A stretch of 64,000 nt of DNA. Source: Candidatus Latescibacterota bacterium (GTDB lineage Bacteria; Latescibacterota; UBA2968; GCA-2709665). Positions 1 through 9,668 of the stretch are shown in pieces. Each line of letters starts with the position of its first letter. Position 1 is the first letter of the stretch. The position numbers and the translations under genes were made by a program. The DNA lies in NCBI GenBank assembly GCA_965237675.1, contig OZ250150.1:608001-672000 (forward strand), written 5' to 3'. The notes beneath the pieces were generated by a model that saw only the letters and a list, made by a program, of their open reading frames with translations, was not told the origin of the DNA and ran no database searches.

Positions 1-59
1 CGCACGAAATTTTCTTCAAGACTTGAGAGATCTTCGGCTTGACCAATGAAGGCACTCAT
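1..59 (-). CDS. 5' end of a hypothetical protein (runs off the window), translationally coupled to the TIGR04255-like gene
   Basis: ATG at 59-57 overlaps the TGA stop (58-56) of the upstream gene; frame MSAFIGQAEDLSSLEENFV stays open to the edge. Confidence 0.5.
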   Translation of the reverse strand, partial: MSAFIGQAEDLSSLEENFV

Positions 60-775
60 TGCTTCTTCTCCCATATTCGTGTTTGAATGTCTTCCGTAAA
101 CATGCTGATGAATTTTTTGCGAATTTTATTGTGCGCCAACTCAAACCAGGTGATCATCGCGCCGAATTGGCTGTTCTGCGTTAAACCACGCATTGTAAAA
201 TCGGTTTGCAGCGTTTGCTTTTTGTCAGATACCCTAACCCTGTGACTGATGGCTACGTATAGTCGTCCGTTTAAGCTTTGAATGGGAAATGAAGTCCGCA
301 AGAAAACAGAATCGGCGCCGGACCAATACGAATCCGAAGATTCGGATGCGACAAACAGGTTGTAAATCTTCCCGGCATCATTAAGTGTATCCCAGCCCTC
401 CCCATGCATAAGATGATCGATATACGTTAGTTCGTACTGTAGAGGATTCAACGCACCAATTTCCATTTCTTCGATGATTTCGCCGAAACGGCAATAGAAC
501 TGTTTAAACTTTCCAAGAATCGACGAAAACCCGGGATATTTCTGATTCGGCTCGGTCTTACGCCAGTTAAACGTAAATCGATCCCGCTGGACCTGAATGA
601 TGTGATTTTGTTGTTCGTGGATGAACCAAATTCGTGCGAAGTTAGGGACATTTCCAAAATGTAGCTCAGTTTCTTGGTTTGAGTGAGTAGTATTTTCGAT
701 TGTAGGCATCACAAGCGGCTGTTCCACGACCTCTAAGAATCCCTCTTTCTTAAATTCCTGCCATATCACACCTAG

Positions 776-2463
776 CCTGAATAATTCACAAAAAAGGTAG
801 TTTCCATACCCAAGTCATTGTATTATATTATGGTTACGCAAATAACCTAATAACAATGAAACAGGAGGAAACTACCGTGGGAGTTCAAGATAAACATCAC
901 AGGTTGTCTTTCGCAAGTCTTTCTGGTAGGCAGGTAGAAGCCACGTTCGACGGGGGCGTGCTGACGACCGACGTCGGGGTGATGCTGCTTCGTGAGGTCG
1001 AGGCCAATGTCGGCATTTTGCATCGGATGGTTGCGGCGCTCACCGATCATCGACATCAAAGTTACGTACATCATTCGATGATGGACCTGATCAAACAACG
1101 TGTCTTTCAGATGGCCTGTGGGTATGAGGATGCGAATGATTGCAAGACGTTACGCGAGGACCCCGGCTTCAAGGCGGCCTGTGATCGGTTGCCGTTGTCT
1201 GGCGCGGACCTGGCCAGTCAGCCCACGATGAGTCGGTTCGAGAACCGCATCAGCAGAACCGATTTGTATCGGATCGCCAAGGCCTTTGCGGATGTGTTTG
1301 TCGCCTCGTATGAGGAACCGCCGGAAGCCATTCTGTTGGACATCGATGACACCGAAGACAAGGTGCATGGGTCTCAACAGTTGTCGTTGTTCAATGCGTA
1401 TTTCAATGGCTATTGCTACCAGCCCCTGCATATCTATGAAGGCCAAACCGGCAAGTTGATCACGACGGTCTTGCGTCCTGGCAGGCGGCCTGCGGGTAAA
1501 GAGATCGTCACCATCCTCAAACGGGTGATCGCCTACCTGCGTAAAGCCTGGCCCGACGTGGAGATCCTGTTACGTGGCGATGCGCATTTTTCGTGTCCGG
1601 AAGTGCACGTGTTGTGTGAGGAAGAAGATGTGTATTTTGTCCTCGGACAGAACGGCAACGCCAAACTCCTGCGGAAGGCACAGTCCTTGATAGACCAGGC
1701 CAAAACGCGGTATGCCGATTCCGGAGAAACCGTGCGCCTTTATCGCTGTTGGGCCTATCAGGCCGGCACCTGGGCGTGTCCACAACGCATCGTCTGCAAG
1801 GCGGAAGTGACACCGCAAGGTGTCAATATCCGATTCGTGGTCACCAACCTGAAGCGCGCCCAACCGTCATTCATCTACAAAACCGCCTATTGCACACGCG
1901 GCAGGATGGAAAACTTCATCAAAAATCACAAGACCTTTCTCCATTCCGATCGCACCTCTTGTCACACCTTCCAGGCCAATCACTTCCGTCTCTTTCTCCA
2001 CAGCGCCGCCTATGTCCTGATGCACAGCCTGGCTGCAATCGGATTGCGCGGCACGAAGTGGACCAACGCACAGTTCAATACCCTGCAAAATCGTCTCTTG
2101 AAAGTCGCCGGGCGCGTTTGTGAGTTGAAAACTAAAATCAAGTTCCATCTGCCAACGGCGTTTCCACTCAAACACCTTTATGGCAAGATCCTCTATAATC
2201 TGGCAACGGGTGTTCCATAACCCATCGACGTGCTGACCCCGCCTTCACATTTGCATCGACCACCACCAAAGGTCATGGAGAAGTCTGTGCGCTTGACACG
2301 GGCATCGAGGTCAACCTGACGTCACGAGGCAAAGCAGGCGCCGCCCAAACGGCTTGAACACGCCAAATCCGTCACAGCCCATGCGCTTTCGTTTCTTGTC
2401 TCACTCGGAAGCTCTTTCTGCTTCCTTAAAATGCTCTATCTGACGATTCATGAATTAATCGGG
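776..2463 (+). mobile_element. IS1380-family insertion sequence, copy 1 (1688 bp)
   Basis: Ends CCTGAATAATTCA / TGAATTAATCGGG (11/13 inverted match); CTAG duplicated at 772-775 and 2464-2467; single transposase ORF. Confidence 0.95.
856..2220 (+). CDS. IS1380-family DDE transposase
   Basis: 454 aa; FDGG..TTD.G, GYEDAND, LASQPTMSRFEN, LDID.T.D, LRGDAHF and RG.MEN.IK motifs. Confidence 0.95.
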   Translation: MKQEETTVGVQDKHHRLSFASLSGRQVEATFDGGVLTTDVGVMLLREVEANVGILHRMVAALTDHRHQSYVHHSMMDLIKQRVFQMACGYEDANDCKTLREDPGFKAACDRLPLSGADLASQPTMSRFENRISRTDLYRIAKAFADVFVASYEEPPEAILLDIDDTEDKVHGSQQLSLFNAYFNGYCYQPLHIYEGQTGKLITTVLRPGRRPAGKEIVTILKRVIAYLRKAWPDVEILLRGDAHFSCPEVHVLCEEEDVYFVLGQNGNAKLLRKAQSLIDQAKTRYADSGETVRLYRCWAYQAGTWACPQRIVCKAEVTPQGVNIRFVVTNLKRAQPSFIYKTAYCTRGRMENFIKNHKTFLHSDRTSCHTFQANHFRLFLHSAAYVLMHSLAAIGLRGTKWTNAQFNTLQNRLLKVAGRVCELKTKIKFHLPTAFPLKHLYGKILYNLATGVP

Positions 2464-2711
2464 CTAGATGGGGAGCCAGCAACATATCGAGAGACTTGAA
2501 AAGTACACTCAATACCACCTCATCTACCGGTGGTCGTGCGAAATCGAGCTTCTTGTGCTGGGTCTCCATTGTGTGGTAACGCCTGATTCAAACGTTAGGT
2601 TGCACCAAATGCGTTGCGAATGCTTGATCTAGCACTGGTCCTCCCTTTTTCTTAATTGCATCCGCAGTGCTCGGATATTTCTACATTGATTTTGTGTAAA
2701 CTAACATATAG

Positions 2712-4399
2712 CCTGAATAATTCACAAAAAAGGTAGTTTCCATACCCAAGTCATTGTATTATATTATGGTTACGCAAATAACCTAATAACAATGAAACAG
2801 GAGGAAACTACCGTGGGAGTTCAAGATAAACATCACAGGTTGTCTTTCGCAAGTCTTTCTGGTAGGCAGGTAGAAGCCACGTTCGACGGGGGCGTGCTGA
2901 CGACCGACGTCGGGGTGATGCTGCTTCGTGAGGTCGAGGCCAATGTCGGCATTTTGCATCGGATGGTTGCGGCGCTCACCGATCATCGACATCAAAGTTA
3001 CGTACATCATTCGATGATGGACCTGATCAAACAACGTGTCTTTCAGATGGCCTGTGGGTATGAGGATGCGAATGATTGCAAGACGTTACGCGAGGACCCC
3101 GGCTTCAAGGCGGCCTGTGATCGGTTGCCGTTGTCTGGCGCGGACCTGGCCAGTCAGCCCACGATGAGTCGGTTCGAGAACCGCATCAGCAGAACCGATT
3201 TGTATCGGATCGCCAAGGCCTTTGCGGATGTGTTTGTCGCCTCGTATGAGGAACCGCCGGAAGCCATTCTGTTGGACATCGATGACACCGAAGACAAGGT
3301 GCATGGGTCTCAACAGTTGTCGTTGTTCAATGCGTATTTCAATGGCTATTGCTACCAGCCCCTGCATATCTATGAAGGCCAAACCGGCAAGTTGATCACG
3401 ACGGTCTTGCGTCCTGGCAGGCGGCCTGCGGGTAAAGAGATCGTCACCATCCTCAAACGGGTGATCGCCTACCTGCGTAAAGCCTGGCCCGACGTGGAGA
3501 TCCTGTTACGTGGCGATGCGCATTTTTCGTGTCCGGAAGTGCACGTGTTGTGTGAGGAAGAAGATGTGTATTTTGTCCTCGGACAGAACGGCAACGCCAA
3601 ACTCCTGCGGAAGGCACAGTCCTTGATAGACCAGGCCAAAACGCGGTATGCCGATTCCGGAGAAACCGTGCGCCTTTATCGCTGTTGGGCCTATCAGGCC
3701 GGCACCTGGGCGTGTCCACAACGCATCGTCTGCAAGGCGGAAGTGACACCGCAAGGTGTCAATATCCGATTCGTGGTCACCAACCTGAAGCGCGCCCAAC
3801 CGTCATTCATCTACAAAACCGCCTATTGCACACGCGGCAGGATGGAAAACTTCATCAAAAATCACAAGACCTTTCTCCATTCCGATCGCACCTCTTGTCA
3901 CACCTTCCAGGCCAATCACTTCCGTCTCTTTCTCCACAGCGCCGCCTATGTCCTGATGCACAGCCTGGCTGCAATCGGATTGCGCGGCACGAAGTGGACC
4001 AACGCACAGTTCAATACCCTGCAAAATCGTCTCTTGAAAGTCGCCGGGCGCGTTTGTGAGTTGAAAACTAAAATCAAGTTCCATCTGCCAACGGCGTTTC
4101 CACTCAAACACCTTTATGGCAAGATCCTCTATAATCTGGCAACGGGTGTTCCATAACCCATCGACGTGCTGACCCCGCCTTCACATTTGCATCGACCACC
4201 ACCAAAGGTCATGGAGAAGTCTGTGCGCTTGACACGGGCATCGAGGTCAACCTGACGTCACGAGGCAAAGCAGGCGCCGCCCAAACGGCTTGAACACGCC
4301 AAATCCGTCACAGCCCATGCGCTTTCGTTTCTTGTCTCACTCGGAAGCTCTTTCTGCTTCCTTAAAATGCTCTATCTGACGATTCATGAATTAATCGGG
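2712..4399 (+). mobile_element. IS1380-family insertion sequence, copy 2 (1688 bp)
   Basis: Same ends and ORF translations as copy 1 (offset 1936 bp); ATAG duplicated at 2708-2711 and 4400-4403. Confidence 0.95.
2792..4156 (+). CDS. IS1380-family DDE transposase
   Basis: Translation identical to 856..2220. Confidence 0.95.
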   Translation: MKQEETTVGVQDKHHRLSFASLSGRQVEATFDGGVLTTDVGVMLLREVEANVGILHRMVAALTDHRHQSYVHHSMMDLIKQRVFQMACGYEDANDCKTLREDPGFKAACDRLPLSGADLASQPTMSRFENRISRTDLYRIAKAFADVFVASYEEPPEAILLDIDDTEDKVHGSQQLSLFNAYFNGYCYQPLHIYEGQTGKLITTVLRPGRRPAGKEIVTILKRVIAYLRKAWPDVEILLRGDAHFSCPEVHVLCEEEDVYFVLGQNGNAKLLRKAQSLIDQAKTRYADSGETVRLYRCWAYQAGTWACPQRIVCKAEVTPQGVNIRFVVTNLKRAQPSFIYKTAYCTRGRMENFIKNHKTFLHSDRTSCHTFQANHFRLFLHSAAYVLMHSLAAIGLRGTKWTNAQFNTLQNRLLKVAGRVCELKTKIKFHLPTAFPLKHLYGKILYNLATGVP

Positions 4400-4854
4400 A
4401 TAGATGCGTCCAAACAAAGCCAAATAGTGATATCTCCGATATCAGTCGCAACCGGCAAATCATCCGCAGGTATTCCTTCAGCGATGGAAATTAGATACGG
4501 TCAGTGGGCCAACCCGTCTGATGTGATTTTCGAGTTTGCACAGGCGTACTATGAAGCCTTTCTTTCATGGAAAAGTCCAAACAGAGATCCGCCAAAAAAA
4601 GCCCGATGCCGACTCCATATTCCTAAATTCCACGGTAGTTCGATGCGTAAAGGGTGTCTGCCTCTACAAATAAGGGTGGCCCGAAATTCAATCCTTTGAT
4701 TTTCATTGGAATTTCGGATCGAATTCAAAGCCAAGAATTACTGCAGTATTATGCCATTTCCTTCGACAGCAATTTCAATCGACATAGAATGGCGTGCCGA
4801 TCGTACCAGAGTTCCGCTGGCATCCGTGCGGCGGTATCCGGGCGTGTTACCCTC

Positions 4855-4883
4855 TTGACGAATCCGATCATTTCCGGTATATT
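4855..4883 (+). promoter_or_regulatory. sigma70-type promoter of the metal-uptake locus
   Basis: TTGACG-N17-TATATT, 46 bp upstream of the uORF start. Confidence 0.65.
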
Positions 4884-4929
4884 TTTATGTGCATCTCGAT
4901 GAGGTTTTCCCTCTTCTGGAGACCATAGG

Positions 4930-5205
4930 GTGTTTTATTCCTCCAGACGGATTCATCCTGTTGTCGTTTTCGCTCTGGTGATATTCGCGGCGTACCTCGC
5001 TGTAATCTTACTTGCCGCCTTCTCCGGTCACGATCACGATCAACAATGTACTGTCTGCGCCTGGTTCAACAACCTGAGCATCGGTTTGCTGGCAGTGCTG
5101 GTGTTGCAGCTTTGCTTCCTGCATTTCCGGCGGTCGCACTCCTCGTGCCATTCCCTCGGGACTTCCTTCCTTCTTCCAGATGGACGCGCCCCTCCTGTTT
5201 CCTGA
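4930..5205 (+). CDS. DUF2946/CruR/CutF-like regulatory uORF with CxxC and C-terminal RAPP
   Basis: N-terminal hydrophobic segment, HDHDQQCTVC, ends GRAPPVS; lies upstream of a lipoprotein and a TonB-dependent receptor. Confidence 0.75.
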   Translation: MFYSSRRIHPVVVFALVIFAAYLAVILLAAFSGHDHDQQCTVCAWFNNLSIGLLAVLVLQLCFLHFRRSHSSCHSLGTSFLLPDGRAPPVS

Positions 5206-5507
5206 ACCATCCTCACGTGTCCTCCCGACACGTCCCTCGTACTTCCTGGTTTATTCCAAACAGGTAATTCCGGATCGGCCCTTGGCCCAGATCTGCGCAT
5301 GCACGAATGTGGTATAATTCTGCGTGCGGGTGGACCTTTTTCTGCCGGGATCGCCATCGTGCAATCCCACCCCCTACGGGAAGATAAACCACGTAGCGAA
5401 TCGGCAGGTCGCCAGTATGCCGGCAAATCCGTATCACGTCTGCACGCCAGCGGATATCCATCCGGGCTTCGGGGCGACGCGTAATGATGGTATACAGGAG
5501 AACATTA

Positions 5508-6380
5508 ATGTTCAGCACGCCGAAATTGAAGACACCCCATAACCTGATTACAACGGCGGCAGTCTTAACCGTGTTCCTGGCTGGTTGTGGAAAGGATGAC
5601 CCCCTGACTCCACAGGAAGAACATTACGAAGCCGAAGGCCTGGTCCTCATTGACTCCGGCCAGCGGTTCTTCCGTTATTTCCAGGGTAAGATCGACTCGG
5701 GCGACAGCCGCGTGGACGTCCTCGAGGTTCCTCACGGTCAACTCACCAGCCACTGGAGCATCCGCTTCCTTGATGAGAACGGGAACGAAATGGCGCCCCC
5801 CAGCGGAGAGGGCCACAGTTTCACGTGGGAAATTGCGGATGAGTCGATCGTGCAAGTCGTCCAGGACGAGGGCGACGAGGGTAAATTCGATTTCCACCTG
5901 CGCGGTCTAGAAGCGGGCGAAACCACCATCAAGTTTCAGATCTCGCACGAGGGACACGTGGACTTCACCACGCCGCCCATTCCGGTGCACGTGGTAGAAG
6001 AGTTCGAGGCCGAAGGGCTTGTCCTCATCGAATCGGGCAACCGATTTTTCCGCTATTTCCAGGGTGAAATCGACGCCGCAGAAGGCCGGGTGGAGGTTCT
6101 CAAGGTACCGATCGGCCTGACTCCTCCCTGGCAAGTGAAATTCCTTGACGATCACGGCGAGGAAATAGACCCGCCCGACGATCCGGAGTTTACTTTCGGC
6201 TGGACCATTGCCGACACCGATGTGCTCGAAGTTCATCAGGACGAGGGCGACGAAGGTACATTCGATTTCCGCCTACGCGGGTTGAAAAAAGGCGAAACCA
6301 CCATTGTGCTGGAGGTCAGACACGAAGGACACGTGGACTTCCACACGAAACCCATATCCGTACACGTGGAGTCACAATAA
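5508..6380 (+). CDS. Putative metal-binding lipoprotein with two tandem ~125-aa repeats
   Basis: AGGAG RBS at 5496-5500; lipobox LAGC; each repeat starts EAEGLVLI and contains HEGHVDF near its end. Confidence 0.8.
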   Translation: MFSTPKLKTPHNLITTAAVLTVFLAGCGKDDPLTPQEEHYEAEGLVLIDSGQRFFRYFQGKIDSGDSRVDVLEVPHGQLTSHWSIRFLDENGNEMAPPSGEGHSFTWEIADESIVQVVQDEGDEGKFDFHLRGLEAGETTIKFQISHEGHVDFTTPPIPVHVVEEFEAEGLVLIESGNRFFRYFQGEIDAAEGRVEVLKVPIGLTPPWQVKFLDDHGEEIDPPDDPEFTFGWTIADTDVLEVHQDEGDEGTFDFRLRGLKKGETTIVLEVRHEGHVDFHTKPISVHVESQ

Positions 6381-6403
6381 TCGCCCGGTGGAGGGCAGGC
6401 TCA

Positions 6404-8680
6404 ATGGCCCATTTACACGGAATTCAGCGATTGGTTCCGATCGACAACGCCGGTGATCAGATCTTCCCAGGGTTTCGGCTGAATTGGATGGTGTCGGCGC
6501 TTCTTTGTCTGCTTTGTTCAGCAGGTATCGGTTCGGCAAATCAGGCCGTGTTGATCGAAGGGTATGTTTTCGACGGCGAAACCCGACGCCCCATGGAGAA
6601 CGTGAATGTACAGGTCGGAGATCACTCTGCGGGTACATCCACTGATGACGGAGGCCGCTTTGTGCTGCACCAGTCCCGGGGTGTATATCGGCTGACCTTC
6701 ACCCACGTCGGCTATCGGGATCTGCACCATGAACTGACCGTCTCGGGGGCGAAGCATCCCGTCATCTACATGGAGATGGCCCGGATGGACCTCAAGCTGG
6801 ACCCCGTGGACATCGTGGCCAATCGCGCCGAAACCCGATTTGACGAACTCGAACAGGCCACCGGCGTGCTCTCGGGCGACGAACTCAGGAAGAAATACAG
6901 CATCACCCTCGCCGAAACTATGAAGAACGAACTCGGCGTTGCCATCCGGAGCATGGGTCCGGCGCCAGCCCGACCGGTTATCCGCGGTCTCAGCGGGGAC
7001 CGCGTACAGATCAACGTCGACGGCATTCAGGTTCAGGATCTCTCTTCAACGTCCGCGGATCACGCGGTGACGGTCGAGACCTTCAACGCGGAACGCCTGG
7101 AAATCATCCGTGGGCCTCGTACACTGCTGCACATGTCCACCGCCGGCGGCGGGGTTATCAATGTCGTGAAACACAAAATTCCCGTAACACGGCCAAAGCG
7201 CTTTTTCGGCAGTGTCGGAGCCTATGGAGAAACGGTCAACCGGGGCTATTTCTCTTCCGCTGCGGTAACGGCGCCCGTAGGGCCGCTCGCGTTTCATGCC
7301 GAATCCACCTACCGGGATACACGTGACATATATACTCCGGTTGGCAGGCTCGACAACACACACATCAACACCCGTACCCATACCCTGGGCCTGTCCTACG
7401 CGGTGGATCGAGGCTATGTCGGCGCTTCTTTCGATCAATTCGACACCCGGTACGGCGTTCCCGGAGGGTTTATCGGCGCTCACCCCGACGGCGCAGACCT
7501 CGATATCACGCGTCGGGTATTCGACGGGAAGGCGGCATACCGGTTCGACGGCCGGTCGATAGACAAGGTGGAGGCGGGTTTCACAAAGGCTTATTACCAT
7601 CACCTCGAGTTCGAGTCCAGCGGGCTCATCGGAACCGAGTTCCTGTTTCATGACTACAGCGGCGATCTCAAACTCCACGTGAACACGCGAAACCGGAAGC
7701 AAAACACCGTGCTGACCGCCGGCTTTGAACACCGCTATCTCAAGCTGGGCGGCGCTGTCTACACCCCCCACACGCGAAAACAAGACGTCAACGTCGGTAT
7801 TTATCACGAAACCACCTATCGCCGAATAGAACTTCAGGCCGCAGCCCGCTACGCTTATGCCTCCTTCGACCCGCGTCCCGACGCGGATTCCAACGTGGGT
7901 CTGGATATAGACCGCACCTTTCATACCTGGTCCGCGGCCTTCAGCCCCCTCGTCCCGGTCACCGACCAACTGACCGCGGGCGTCAGCCTCAGCCGCTCCC
8001 AGCGCGCACCCACCATCGAGGAACTCTACAACCAGGGACCGCACCTGGCATCGTACACCTTTGAGGAGGGCAATGTCGAACTCAATGCTGAACGGAGTTT
8101 CGGCCTGGAGGCATTCATGCACTACCTGCAACCGGGTTTCGACATGGTCTTAACGGGATTCTGGAATGAATTCGGCAATTACATCGCTCCTCGAAATACG
8201 GGTGAAATCAACTTTGCTCTACTCCTCCCCATCTACGCCGCCGACGGCATAGACGCGAGATTGCTTGGCGTGGAAGCGCACCTGAAATGGCGTCCGAATG
8301 CGCGCCTGGAACTGGAAACGAATCTGAGCCACGTACGCGGCGAAAACCGGGACGAGCGTATACCCCTGCCCGAAATGCCTCCGCTCAAGTTCGTCGGCAG
8401 CGTAACCTATCGGCACCCCTGGCTTACAGCGGGAGGAACCGTGGAGTGGGCCGCCGGGCAGAAACGCGTGGACACGTTCGAAGACCCCACGGCAGGCTAT
8501 TCCGTCTTCGGCGCCAATCTGCAGCGCGATTTCCTCACAGACCGCGCCCGCCACAGCGTTATCCTTTCCCTGGAGAATCTCTTCGACACGGAATACCGCA
8601 ACCACCTGTCGCACATCCGCTCCGTGATGCCCGAAACAGGCCGGAGCCTTAAATTGCACTACAAGATGTATTTCTTTTAG
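6404..8680 (+). CDS. TonB-dependent receptor (ZnuD-like, probably metal uptake)
   Basis: N-terminal carboxypeptidase-regulatory-like domain, plug motif RPVIRGLSGDRV...DHAV, ENLFDTEYRNHLS, C-terminal Phe; start uncertain. Confidence 0.9.
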   Translation: MAHLHGIQRLVPIDNAGDQIFPGFRLNWMVSALLCLLCSAGIGSANQAVLIEGYVFDGETRRPMENVNVQVGDHSAGTSTDDGGRFVLHQSRGVYRLTFTHVGYRDLHHELTVSGAKHPVIYMEMARMDLKLDPVDIVANRAETRFDELEQATGVLSGDELRKKYSITLAETMKNELGVAIRSMGPAPARPVIRGLSGDRVQINVDGIQVQDLSSTSADHAVTVETFNAERLEIIRGPRTLLHMSTAGGGVINVVKHKIPVTRPKRFFGSVGAYGETVNRGYFSSAAVTAPVGPLAFHAESTYRDTRDIYTPVGRLDNTHINTRTHTLGLSYAVDRGYVGASFDQFDTRYGVPGGFIGAHPDGADLDITRRVFDGKAAYRFDGRSIDKVEAGFTKAYYHHLEFESSGLIGTEFLFHDYSGDLKLHVNTRNRKQNTVLTAGFEHRYLKLGGAVYTPHTRKQDVNVGIYHETTYRRIELQAAARYAYASFDPRPDADSNVGLDIDRTFHTWSAAFSPLVPVTDQLTAGVSLSRSQRAPTIEELYNQGPHLASYTFEEGNVELNAERSFGLEAFMHYLQPGFDMVLTGFWNEFGNYIAPRNTGEINFALLLPIYAADGIDARLLGVEAHLKWRPNARLELETNLSHVRGENRDERIPLPEMPPLKFVGSVTYRHPWLTAGGTVEWAAGQKRVDTFEDPTAGYSVFGANLQRDFLTDRARHSVILSLENLFDTEYRNHLSHIRSVMPETGRSLKLHYKMYFF

Positions 8681-8762
8681 GGTCCACCAGTCATCGGCAG
8701 CGACTGCACTACCACATTCCGTCTGATCTTCCCAAAGGTGGATGATCGCCCACAACTCAAAA

Positions 8763-8788
8763 CCCCGGATCCAAAAGCCGATCCGGGG
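8763..8788 (+). terminator. Hairpin downstream of the receptor gene, possible terminator
   Basis: CCCCGGATC-N8-GATCCGGGG; weak U-tract. Confidence 0.4.
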
Positions 8789-8789
8789 C

Positions 8790-8818
8790 TTGCACTTTTC
8801 GTGGCCAAGCTTTATCTT
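8790..8818 (+). promoter_or_regulatory. Putative sigma70 promoter of the toxin-antitoxin pair
   Basis: TTGCAC-N17-TATCTT. Confidence 0.45.
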
Positions 8819-8890
8819 AGAGTTTGAAAATCGCAACAATTGCGGGGCAGAAGCTATTCACCATTCCATCGAAATCACTGGAGGTTCTCC

Positions 8891-9133
8891 ATGGCTGAAA
8901 CAATGATTAATGAAGATGGGCACCTCCTCCTGCCCAAGGAAGTCCGGGAGTATCTACATCTGAATCCAGGGGACCGATTGAATCTTGTAATTCAAAACAA
9001 TGGAGATGTGGTTATAAAATCAAATTTGCGAGACGTTCGAGATTTGAAGGGAATTTTGCCCCCCACGTCAAAGCCGGTCTCTATTGCAGATATGAATCGG
9101 GCTATTCGGCTACGAGGTAGCAAGACACAATGA
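8891..9133 (+). CDS. AbrB/MazE/SpoVT-type antitoxin (VapB-like)
   Basis: GGAGG RBS; G.LLLPKEVRE.L.LNPGD motif; 4-bp overlap with the PIN gene. Confidence 0.85.
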   Translation: MAETMINEDGHLLLPKEVREYLHLNPGDRLNLVIQNNGDVVIKSNLRDVRDLKGILPPTSKPVSIADMNRAIRLRGSKTQ

Positions 9134-9516
9134 TGGGTCTGGATACCAACGTACTGGTTCGTTATCTCACGCAAGATGACACCGAACAGTCCAAAATCGC
9201 AACACGACAAATCGAAACGGATAACGAGTCCTTTTACATAACATCGACTGGCTTGTGCGAGCTTGTTTGGGTTCTGGAAACGGCCTATGACTATGACCGA
9301 TCGACAATTTCAGACACACTAAGGGTAATACTTCAAACACGTCAATTCGCATTTGACGATAAATTATCAATGGAGAAAGCGCTGGACGACTATCAACATA
9401 GTAAGGGTGATTTTTCAGATTACGTACTTGGCCACAAAAGCAAACTGGCCGGATGTGGTAAGACACTCACATTTGACCGAGCCTTGAAAAACCACGCGCT
9501 GTTCCGAATACTTTGA
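9130..9516 (+). CDS. PIN-domain toxin (VapC family)
   Basis: GLDTNVLVRYL, ELVWVL, DFSD and TFD motifs. Confidence 0.9.
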   Translation: MMGLDTNVLVRYLTQDDTEQSKIATRQIETDNESFYITSTGLCELVWVLETAYDYDRSTISDTLRVILQTRQFAFDDKLSMEKALDDYQHSKGDFSDYVLGHKSKLAGCGKTLTFDRALKNHALFRIL

Positions 9517-9668
9517 AAACCAGTCACCTGTTGAATCGCAATTTTCCACGGAATTCAAAGTGATTTAGACCCTCCTCCGGTACCGGATGTCCGTCAATCC
9601 CTAACCGCGGCGGAACTCTGTACCCTGTATGGCATCTGCTTGGACTCCGCCGGGTTCCAATCCGATCC

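Larger units (their letters stand above)
56..2569 (-). pseudogene. TIGR04255-like protein gene interrupted by IS1380 (intact product about 273 aa)
   Basis: 5' part 2569-2464 (METQHKKLDFARPPVDEVVLSVLF...APHL) joins in frame to 771-56 (GVIWQEF...) once the IS and one CTAG are removed; PP.DEVV, RIWF, QVQRDRFTFNWR, YPGF and ELTYID motifs fit TIGR04255 as I recall it. Confidence 0.8.

Noticed and set aside
2574-2610. attC-like TAAC...GTTAGGT
   Set aside because: Too short, lacks the internal inverted boxes, and there is no integron integrase.
4367-4699. ORF that might be a gene broken by IS copy 2
   Set aside because: It starts inside the IS; the reconstructed empty site has an in-frame TAA (2702-2704) just upstream.
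5310-5318. Extended -10 TGGTATAAT between the uORF and the lipoprotein gene
   Set aside because: No -35 element, and it sits in the loop region of a predicted hairpin; not excluded but unsupported.
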